NCBI GenBank assembly: GCA_050273025.1 | Contig: CP158635.1 | Span: forward strand, 2,914,001 to 2,978,000 | DNA from: Cenococcum geophilum | Taxonomy: Eukaryota | DNA: 64,000 nt | Direction of reading: 5' to 3' | Shown: positions 27,338 through 37,818 of the stretch, in pieces | Layout of the letters: the number at the start of each line of letters is the position of its first letter | Position numbering within the stretch: the stretch's first letter is position 1 | Program-made: the position numbers and the translations under genes | Notes under the pieces: generated by a model | What the model was told of the DNA's origin: nothing | What the model saw: the letters and a program-made list of their open reading frames with translations, nothing else | Database searches by the model: none

Positions 27338-27968
27338 GTATATCCCTTTATATAGTAACCGTTTCTTGCACTTTTTGTATATGCACGCCTATAAGCCTAT
27401 CTAGAGGCTTTATACCGTATATAGCTTAGCGTTAAAGCCTCTGGTTAGTGCGGTTACTCGGCGTTAGGGGTGCTGGCGCCTTATTAACACTTAGTAAACA
27501 GCAGCGAAGTGGCTAGGAAGCCTATATAATATTTGGTGTAGTTAATTAAAAAGCTTTAATATTATCGCCGTCTATTTAATCCTTAAATTATTAGCAAAAT
27601 GTTGTCCTTATGCAGCCTGGCAGTAATTTAGTGGACTTTAATAGAAGATTTTCCTATATAATCAGCAGCTGGTTAATAGAAGAAGGGTAGAAATCTACAG
27701 ACATGGCGTTATATATTACGACTTCTTGCTTAACTTCCTCAAATATATATTGGTGTTTTTAGTGGTAGCCTTCTATAATATTTTGTCGGCATCGCAATAT
27801 CGACGTATTTTAGTGGGGATTGCTAATAAAATCGCGCTAGCTAGGGTGCCTATAGCATTCTAACCCAAACAAAAGCGCCAAAGGCGCCTAATACGAAAAG
27901 TGACTTTTGCCGCACGAAGGGATGGTATATACGCAAGAGCCCACTTCTAAGAGGTAGGATATATTATA

Positions 27969-28470
27969 TAGTAATATACACGACCAGCTTCTACCCCCCC
28001 CCTTTAGCAAGTGCTCCAAAATTTTAAATTCGGTACGCGCATCCAATCTCGCCAGTAATTGTAGCGAACGGTTGTGGCTACACGTAAGGACCATTTTGGT
28101 TGCCATAGAGAATTATTCTGGTTAGCCGGGAGAATCAAATTCAGAACTTGCTTGACGACGCTCCCCTAACGTATGTTTCCTTAACGTACGCTTCCTCTTT
28201 TGCTTATACCTCTGCCTCTGCCAAAACGCGAATACAAAGCTGTCTCTGCAATTGCCGATAAAATTTGGCAATATCGTATGGGTGGAAACCTACGATATTG
28301 ACGAAGATTACGACACTGTAGAACTAAAGTTCTTACAGCCAAGCATGCGGCTTCGCTACAATTACTATATACAGTTGGTGGCAACCAAGCGAGATTAGAT
28401 ACGCGTACCGAATTTAAAAATTTAGAGCCCTTGCCAAAGGGGGGGTGGAAGCTGGTCGTGCACATCACTA
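27969..28470. mobile_element. MITE with about 85-bp TIRs starting TAGTG (hAT-like termini; TSD not recognisable)
   Basis: TAGTAATATACACGACCAGCTTCTACCCCCC... is mirrored by ...GGGGGGTGGAAGCTGGTCGTGCACATCACTA. Confidence 0.75.
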
Positions 28471-28489
28471 TAGGGTAATAGATAAATAC

Positions 28490-29985
28490 TATCTTAATCG
28501 CTTAAACTTTAAGATTAGAGGCCTAATTCTAACTAGCGTACTAATCTTAAAGCTATATCTCTCCTATTAATCTAACGTTATCCCTTTACCTAGCTTCTCT
28601 AACTTTAGCGAGTTAATATTCCATTCTTCCTCTACCAGCTTATCCTTAATTGGCTCTAAAGTAGCCCTCTACCTCTTACTACTAAACTATAGCTTATTAA
28701 CTAGCCAGTTAAAGAACTAGCTAAGTAGCTTAACTAGATCTGTTTCCAACTAAACAGGGCTTAAGTTTTAGGGTGCTTTATTATTTAAAGATGCAGTAGA
28801 ATATTGATAAAGGTAAGGATTTTGGGCCATAGAATTGGCCTAGTTTATAACTAATATTACTACTAGCTGCTTAATATATTCTAATATAGGATCTTCCTTC
28901 TCTACCGCCGGCTCCTTCTAGATCTTCTTTCTCCCCTCTCTGCTACTAGCCAAGATCATTATAATATTTTGCAACGGCTGCTTAACTGTAGAGGCGCTAG
29001 AGAGAAGCTCTCTATTCTACCGCTAGAAGTCTACTATATTTACAGGATAATAGTTAATTGCAATATTGGGCGAGTTAGGCAACGGCTTATTCTGCTAGCA
29101 GGTCTTACTTTTATTATAGCAATAGATATTTATATAAGGCCACTAATCTGCAATTACTGGCATTATATTGCCAGAAGCCTCCTTAGCAGCAATTTCGTTA
29201 GGTAAGTTAGTAATTTAAACTTATATAGCTATCCTTCTGCCTATAGGCCTCTCGATAACTTACTGACTTAAAGTTATAACAGGAGGAGCCTAAGACTCTA
29301 GTTCCTTCTCCTTAACTAAATATAAGGTGAAGTTTAAGGAGAGAGACTTAGATGGCTAGTACTTATGCTATTTCTTAATTATTATAAGAGCTTAATATAG
29401 ATCCGCAGGTAACCGAATATCTTAAGGGCAGCAGTCAGCTTGCCGCGCTTTCTCGTAGGAGGCAATAGCTTAGAGGTAAGTAATCTTAAACTTCCATGGT
29501 AGTAGATTTAGTACAGTCTCGTTCTGCCATTACTCTAGCTTAAAGTAGTATATATTTTTAGTATTAAATACTACTAACTTTATGCTAGGAAGAGATACCT
29601 TTTTACTACCTATAACTGCCTTTTAAACACTTGTAAAGCGTGCCGGCGGCGGCGGCGGCGGCGGCGGCAATAAGCCTATATCTTTATCTTCCACCTCTAT
29701 AGGCTCCTTAATATTCTTATCCTCGTCCTTATTAACCTCATCTACAGACGTAGGCTCTGCAGGCGTTGCTGGCGACGGCGGCAACAGCGACGGCGACGGC
29801 GACGGCGACGGTACTGGTATTGTCTTCTACCTCTTCTTTGCCGCCTTCGCCTTCCTCTTTATCTTCTTCTTAGGCGGCTATAAAATAGTAGGGGTAGGTA
29901 CAGATTAAGCCTGCTTTCGTTTAGAAGGCTTTAGAGGACGGCCTAATAATTAAGTAGGTAGCTGCTGCTGTTAGGACAATATAAG
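28490..29985 (-). pseudogene. Second (convergent) gene inside the Tc1 element; Pro-rich N-terminus and Cys/His motif; unknown family
   Basis: Minus-strand frames give PVPSPSPSLLPPSP, PPPPPPPA, WPYINIYCYNKSKTC*QN...NYYP, and FFNWLVNK...IKDKLVEEEWNINSLK...YSFKISTLVRIR. Confidence 0.55.
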
Positions 29986-30181
29986 ATACAACACCAAGAT
30001 TTCTATATAATTGGCTTAACTAGGTAACGCGCTAGCTTCAATATTTGGGCACTTACAGTAGGCAATTAACGCAGTATAGGTGGATAAAATCAAAAGAATT
30101 GCCCCTTATACGAATTTTGGTGGGGTGCGATGCGGCTCTTTCGGCTTAGCGATTTTTACCGATCTTTTACAAGCGACAGTA

Positions 30182-31961
30182 AGGGTACGCCCGCTTAGCC
30201 GCACGGCCCGCCCACTCGCACACACGAACACCAAAATATCACCAATTTTAACAATTAATTACTCCACCAAAATAGGTGATATTTTGGCGCTATAAAATAT
30301 ACTGGCTGATTTATATCTTTAAAAACATTTTAATATATCTAAGATAGCCTAAAAACACAATGTTAAGTAGTTAAAGTTGTCAAAACACTGGCGTGGCATT
30401 TAGGCGTTAATAAAAGAGTATTATAAATCTTAAGACTATATAACCAACAAATAGGTTTAAAGCTTTATAAATTATATAAATCTATTTCTAAATTAAAGGA
30501 TTCCTCCTATACCATTAATAGTTAAATATTTTATTAAGAATATTACTAAAATTAATGTTAAAAAGAACTATATAAAAGTTATAATATTTAGTAAAATTAG
30601 TTTTAAAATTATAAACCTAAACAGTAGCCTACTCTTTTTATTATTTTAAAATATAAGTAAACTAATAATAAAATTGATTATAAATGGTTTTTTATAATTT
30701 TTAACAACTATATTAAATATAAAGCTAGCTTAAATTAAAAATAAGGGCTTTTAACCTATAATAGCTATAACTTTTATTTAAATATAAAAGTCCTTAACTA
30801 ATATTATATAAATAAATTTTTTATAGCCATATTTTCTCTCTATAGTATATATAGACTTTAGTCTTTTAATATTTTAATACTTTTTACTACTAGTAAAGTA
30901 TTATAGCTATAAATTGAATTATTATATAATATATAGCTAATAGTTTATTTTATAGGTAAACAATATTTTTAAAAGGTTTTTAGGCTATATAGAATTCAGC
31001 CTTTATATTAAATAATATTATTAATAAATAAAAAGATTAAAATTTATTTATTTAATTTTAATATTATTTTAGGCTGTTTTTTAAAGTATATATATAAGGA
31101 GTCTTTATTATTTAAAAGCCTATTAAAAATTATTTTATTACTTTAGCCTAATAATAGGATTAGTATATAAAACTTATTAAATACTATAATAATAAAAATA
31201 ATAATAAAAAAGAACTTTAGCTATATTTAACTTTTTAAAATATATAAATTAAGAATAAACTTTTTATAAAAAAAAATAATATACTTAAATTAGCTTTTTA
31301 TAATAAAAATAATAAATAAATAAAAAATATAGGCCTTTTTAATAAGTTATATAATATTAGAGAGCGTAATTTTTAATTTTTAAACTTTATTAAAGTGTAG
31401 TAAGTAAAAGACTTAAAAACTAAGTATAAATAAACTAAAATAGACAAATAATATGCCATTAGAAAGAGGAATATTTAATAAATAATATATTAAAAAATTG
31501 GCTCTATATAGACGCAGAAAAAAAAGTTATTTAATTTATTACTTAAGTATATTAAGCTGTAGAAAAAGTAGTAAAGAAAGCTAAATAATAATAAGTAAAA
31601 GAGGATTATAAAATAGTCTAGTAGCTTATTAAGAGGCTAAAGTAGCTAAAAGGATACTTAGGAAAAAGAATAATAAGGTGTTTAATAAGGAAGTTTAATT
31701 AATTAAGATAGTAGAGGTAAAAGAGGCTGCTACTATACCTCCCCCTTAGGGTACACAAAACAAGGGAAATAAGTCTACTATAGAGGTTTAAGGATTATAA
31801 GCTTTAACTAGCTAGATTCGCAGCTCCTTAAAGCCTTATATACTAGAATTATATAAGTGGTAGGTTTTGTGTGTCGCGGGTAGCCTCAATTTTGCTAAAG
31901 TGGTGATGCTTGATTTGGCCTGTGCGACTGGGCGGGCTGTGCGGCTAAGCGGGCCAACCCT
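30182..31961 (+). mobile_element. Fot1/pogo-type DNA transposon, extremely RIP-degraded
   Basis: 41-bp TIRs AGGGTACGCCCGCTTAGCCGCACGGCCCGCCC and GGGCGGGCTGTGCGGCTAAGCGGGCCAACCCT with TA flanks; 1.78 kb; remnant of the HSTHRLQPLD motif near 30840-30875. Confidence 0.8.
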
Positions 31962-31963
31962 TA

Positions 31964-32183
31964 ACTCGCTTAGAGCCGAACGTCACGCGTTACCCACCCT
32001 CTCAAAACTACATACCCCCTATAACTTTACCAATATACCTTTATATTTTATAGATAGGGCCTTATTTTATAGCCCTTTACTAGGCCTATAAAAGAAGCCC
32101 TTATTTATATAAACTAGAGCTATATTAGTAGGACTATTGGGGGTATTATAAGGTACTAGTTTTTGGGGCGGGGTAGCTAAAAT
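31964..32183. mobile_element. Partial copy of the 18056-18816 foldback family (its TIR begins at 18836, before the transposon train)
   Basis: ACTCGCTTAGAGCCG...CCCACCC...CCCCCTATAACTTTACCAATAT matches 18062 onward. Confidence 0.75.
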
Positions 32184-32185
32184 TA

Positions 32186-32300
32186 ACGTGGGGGATCAGC
32201 TTGTGCACGCGACCGGCTCGTGCACGGTTTTCCCCACCAAAATCTGGCAAAATACACCTTTTTACACCACCTATAATTTAATAACTATAACAGCTATTAA
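32186..32300 (+). mobile_element. Isolated Fot1-like left end
   Basis: TA|ACGTGGGGGATCAGC...CCACCAAAAT. ACGT terminus after TA; no partner end found. Confidence 0.45.
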
Positions 32301-32349
32301 TAACATGCGGAACGTTAGGTACCCTACGTAAACTTTGACCCGAGTTTAA

Positions 32350-35300
32350 AAGCTTTAACTTAGAGCCTTATATATAGAGTTTAATTAATATATTAATATA
32401 TATATAGATATAAGGTTTTCCAGGGGGAGACCCCCTGGACCCCCCCTCTGTAGAGCTTTTACTTAATTTAAAAGTAGTAGTAAGGCTAAGGCGCCTTAGT
32501 TACTACTAAGTAATATTATCTTACTAAGAGGATCTATTACAGTAACAGAGTTTAATTAATATCTATATATATATATAAGGCTTTCTAGGGGGAGACTCCC
32601 TAGACTTCCCCTTATAGAGCTTTTAGAAGTAGTAGTAAAGCTAAGGCGCCTTAGTTACTGCTAGGTAGTATTATCTTATTAAAAGGATCTACTATAGTAA
32701 CTAAGGTGCCCTACTTAAGTTAGGCTTAATTTAGAAGTAATATATATATACCTCCATCGTATTATATTGCGGGGGCTATGTAACGTGGCCCGCCTCCACG
32801 TCGCCATACGGCCAAAAAGACTGAGAGTGCTTGCGAACTTGTCGTAAGCGTGGCGGGATCCAATATATGTACTCTTACAGGCTACTTTATAATAAGGGGT
32901 AAGCTTTAGATAGAGGCTTATATAGAGCTTTAATAGAGGCTTATATAGAGTAGTAATAGAGGCTTATATAGAGCTTTAGTAGAGGCTTATATAGAGCTTT
33001 ATATAGAGCTACGTGCAGAGCTATATACAGAGCTACGTTTAGAGCTACGTGTAGGTGTGTAGGCGTGTAGACGTATAGACGTGCAGACGTTTATACTGGC
33101 GATTAATTATAGAGACGCCTGTAGAGATAGTTGTATGGGCAATTATATAATAATAATAATTCATTGCTTAATATCCGATTTGGATCCCTATTAGGCCTAC
33201 GCGGACTACTCCTTATATACATATAGGGAGAAAACTCTATTAGGCAATTATATAGACGTTTAATTAATCGTTTATACGGGCGTTTATATAGGCAATTAAT
33301 TAATTAATTAATTATATGGACGTTTATAGAGCTATACGTAGAGCCATTTATATAGGCGTTTAATTGATTAACTGTATGGGTATTTAATTAATTAATTATA
33401 TAAGAGTTCGTATAGGCACTTGTATAGGCGTTTGTATAGGCGATTATATAGACATTTATAGAGCCGTTTATAGAGCCTTCCTAGTATATTAGTAGAGCTT
33501 TAGAGCTCTATATTAAGCTTTAAGTAGAGCTTTAAGTAGAGCTTTAAGCTTAAGGGGGAGATCCCCTTAGACCCTCCCTATACACTACGTGCTATATATA
33601 CTATATAGGCAGAGGTCTTATAGAGGCTTTAGTAAAGCTTCTATAGAGCTTTATATAGAGCTTCTATAGAGCTATATATAGGTATACAGACGTTTATACG
33701 GGCAATTAATTGTAGAGATATTTATAGAGGCGATTGTATAGGCAATTATATAGACGTTTAATTATTTATTTATATAGGCGTTCGTATAGGCGTTTGTATA
33801 GGTAATCGTGCAGACGTTTATAGAGCCGTTTGTAGAGCCGTTTATAGAGCCGTTTGTAAAGACAATTATATAGCGATTAATTATATAGACGTTTATATGG
33901 CCAATTGTAGAACCTTCCTAGTATATTAGTACTGCGTATTAGTAGAGCTCTAAGTAGAACTTTAAGCTTAAGGGGGAGACTTCCTTAGACCCCCCCTGCG
34001 TACTATATGCTCTATTTACTATATAGGCAGAGCTCTTATAGAGGCTTTAATAGAGCTTTTAATAGAGATTTATATGGAGCTTTATACGGAGCTTTTATAG
34101 AGCTTAGTATAGAGCTTTAATTAACCTAAATTTTTAATTTAAAGCCTTATAATATAGAGTTTAATTAGTATATATATAGACATAAGGTTTTTTTTAAAGA
34201 AAACCCTCCCTAAACCCCCCCTCTATATATTAGGAGCAGTAGTAAGGTTATTTAATTAAAAAGATTTATTATAATAACTAAAGCATGATATTTAAATTAG
34301 GCTTAATTTAAAGTAATATATAAAATTTTATATATATAAGTAATATTTCTACCTTTAAAAAAAACTTAAGCTTAAGGGGGAGACCCCCTTAGATACCCCC
34401 TACGCACTATATGCTTTATTTACTACGTGGGCAAAGCTCTTATAGAGGTTTTAGTAGAGCGTTTAGTAGAGCGTTTGGTAGAGCTTTATATGGAGGTTTA
34501 TATGGAGCTTTTGTAGAGCTTTTGCAGAGCTCTATATAGAGCCCGGTAGAGCTTCGTATAGAACTTTATATAGAGCTTTAGTAGAGCTTTATGCAGAGCT
34601 TTGGTAGAACTACGTATAGAGCTTCAGTAGAGCTTCGTGTAGAGCTTTAGTAGAGCTTTATATAGAGCTTTAGTAGAGCTTTATGCAGAGCCTTATATAG
34701 AGCCATATATAGGCGTTTACATAGGCGATTAACTGCAGAGACGCTTATAGAGACAATTGTATAGATAATTGCATAGACGTTTAATTAATCGTTTATATGG
34801 GTGTTCGTATAGGTAATTAATTGATTAATTGATTGATTATATAGGCGTTTATACGGGTAATCGTGTAGATATTTATAGAGCTATTTATAAAGCTATTCGT
34901 GTAGATAATTATAGAGCCTTCCTAGTATATTAGTGCTGCGCGTTAGTAGAGCTCTAGAGCTCCGTATTAAGCTTTAAGTAGGGTTTTAAGTAGATCTTTA
35001 AGCTCAAGGGGGAGACCCCCTTAGACCCCCCCTGCGTACTACGTGCTCTATTTACCGCGTGGGCACAGCTCTTATAGAGGCTTTAGTAGAGTGTTTAGTA
35101 AAGCTTTTATAAAGCTTTTATAGAGCTTTTATAGAGCTTTTTGTAGAGCTTTAGTAGAGCTTTTTGTAGAGCTTTGGTAGAGCTTTGGTAGAGCTTTAGT
35201 AGAGCTTCGTGTAGAGCCTTATACGGAGCCATATACAGGCGTTTACACGAGCGATTCGTATAGGCGATTGATCGTTTGTAGAGACGTTTATATGGACGAT

Positions 35301-37085
35301 TATATAGGCAATTATAGAGCCGTTATAGAGCCGTTTGTAAAGACGTTCGTAAAGATAATTATAAGACTTCCTTATATATTAGTGCTGCGTTTTAGTAGAG
35401 TTTTGGAGCTCTATATTAAGCTTTAAGTAGAGCTTTAAGCAGCTTAAGGGGGAGACCCCCTTGGACCCCCCCTACGCACTATATGCTTTATTTACTATAT
35501 AGGCAGAGCTCTTATAGAGGCTTTAGTAGAGACTTTAGTAGAGACTTTAGTAGAGGCTTTAGTAAGGCTTTTGTAGACCTTTGTGTAAAGCTTTATATAG
35601 AGCCTTACGTAGAGCTTCGTATAGGACTTCTATAGAGCTACGTATAGGCGTGCAGGGTATAGACGCTTGGAAGGGTGATTAATTATAGAGACGTTTATAG
35701 AGATAATTATATGGGTAATTGTATAGACGTTTAATTGATCAATCGTATGGGCATTTGTACGGCTAATTATATAATCTTCCTAGTATATTAGTGCTGCGTG
35801 TTAGTAGAGCTTTAGAGCTCCGTATTAAGCTTTAAGTGGAGCTCCGAGTAAAACTTTAAGCTTTAAGTGGAGCTCCGAGTAAAACTTTGAGCTTTAAGTG
35901 GAGCTCCGAGTAAAACTTTGAGCTTTAAGTAGAGCTCCGAGTAAAACTTTGAGCTTAAGGGGGAGACCCCATTGGACCCCCCCTGCGCACTACGTGCTCT
36001 ATTTACTGCGTAGGTAGAGCTCTTGTAGAGGTTTTAGTAGAGGCACCAGTAGAGCTTTTAGTAGAGCTTTTGCAGAGCTTCGTACGGAGGTTTGTGCAGA
36101 GCTTTTGTAGAGCTTCGTACGGAGGTTCGTGCAGAGCTTTTGTAGAGCTTTAGTAGAGCTCCATGCAGAGCTTTGATAGAGCCTTATGTAGAGCTTTGAT
36201 AGAGCTTGTATTTAGGCTTGTTTTTGAAGGCCTTATAAACGACTTTGTATAGAGCTTTGAGCAGAGCTTCGTATAGGCGTTCGTGCAGGCGTTCGTACAG
36301 GCGTTCGTGCAGGTGTTCGTGCAGGTGTTCGTGTAGGCGTTCGTGTAGGCGTTCGTTTAGGCATTCGTACAGACGTTTGTAGAGACAATCGTACAGACGT
36401 CCGTACGGACGATTGTATAGGCGATTGTAGACGCTCGTAGAGACATTTGTAGAGACGTTTGTAGAGACGTTTGTAGAGACGTTTGTAGAGACGTTTATAC
36501 GGGCGTCTGATTGATTGATTGTAGAGCCGACGTAGAGACGATCGTACGGGCGTTTGGTTGATTGATTGTATAAGCAATTGCAGAGACGTTCGTATGGGCA
36601 TTCGTATAGGCAATTGATCGATTGATCGATCGATTGTATGGGCGTTCGCACGGGCGATCGTGTAGACGTTTGTAGAGCCGTTTGTAGAGCCGTTTGTAGA
36701 GCTGTTTGTACGGACGATTGTACGGGCAATTGTAGAGCCGTCGTAGAGGTGTTTGTAGAGAGCGATTGTGAGACTTCCTAGTATATTAGTGCTGCGTGTT
36801 AGTAAAGCTTTGGAGCTCCGTATAGGGCTTCGAGCAGAGCTTCGAGCAGAGCTTCGAGCAGAGCTTCGAGCAGAGCTTCAAGGGGGAGACCCCTTTGGAC
36901 CCCCCTGCGCACTGCGTGCTCTGTTTTACTGCGTGGCCAGTACACTCGGTGGGTAGAGTGTTACAAAGCCATTGATAGAGCTTTTGGTAGAGCTTTTGTA
37001 GAGCTTTATACTAAGCTTTGTGCAGAGCTTTTGCAGAGCTTTTGCAGAGCTTTTGCAGAGCTTTTGCAGAGCTTTGGTGGAGCTC
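32350..37085. repeat. Higher-order satellite: about 400-900-bp units with AGAGCTT microarrays and a GGGGGAGACCCC..GGACCCCCC motif
   Basis: Motif at about 32423, 32588, 33554, 33972, 34376, 35008, 35448, 35959 and 36882. The block TTCCTAGTATATTAGTGCTGCG recurs in most units. Confidence 0.9.
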
Positions 37086-37818
37086 GATGTTTTGAAGTTC
37101 GTCACGTGGATTCTGCCATAGCTTACCGCGCGCACTTTTTTCTAACCAATCAGAAGCCAGCTCTCCAACCAATCAGAAGCAAGCTTGGCGGGGTTTGAAA
37201 TCCAGGACCCGAAAGTAATAGACCACTTGTAAACTCGGGTCAATAAAATCTAATATATAGCTTATTTAGTACTTAAATTATAATTTTATATAAAAATATT
37301 ATAAAATATTATAATAACTATATATTTAAAGTTAAGTTAAAAAGTACTTTTTTAATAAAATATAAAGTAGTTAATAAAGCTATTAATAAAGCTATTATAT
37401 ACCTATATTTTATAGATATAAATATATTTATTCTATAAATAATTGTTTTTAATATATAAGTAACCGGTTTAGCTATGCAATCAGTTTATATATAGTAATA
37501 AAAACTACTTAATAATAATAGTTTTAAAGACTTATAACTTAACTATTATAATAGTTATTAATATAAAAATTAAAATATAGCTTATTATATAATAAATAAA
37601 ATACAATATAATATAAAATTTGGAAAAAATCACTATTTATAATATAAAATAAAAAAATTCACTTTTATATATACTAGAATTGTATAATTATTGCAATAAA
37701 TATAATAATAACATTAATTATATTTTAAATACTTAATCTTACTTATTATAAAGTATTTTATGCATTAAATTTATTATATTAAAAACTTATTTATAGTATA
37801 AATATATAAGTTTAAATT

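Larger units (their letters stand above)
19902..30179 (+). mobile_element. Tc1/IS630-type DNA transposon with cargo, interrupted by Gypsy C and a MITE
   Basis: About 87-bp TIRs (TTGTCGCTTGCAAAAGATCGGTAAAAATCGC... and ...GCGATTTTTACCGATCTTTTACAAGCGACAG), TA on both sides, and a transposase remnant. Confidence 0.9.

Noticed and set aside
32304..32330. CATGCGG...GGTACCC as the left end of a third CATCGG-family element
   Set aside because: Only weak similarity to 4708-4728, and no matching right terminus found.
32350..37085. CRISPR-like repeat-spacer appearance
   Set aside because: The spacers are homologous to each other and hundreds of bp long, there are no cas genes, and the context is eukaryotic.
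36184..37135. ORFs in the satellite
   Set aside because: Low-complexity repeat translations.
37245..37818. AT-rich stretch as a centromere core or origin
   Set aside because: Adequately explained as RIP-saturated debris; no positive evidence.
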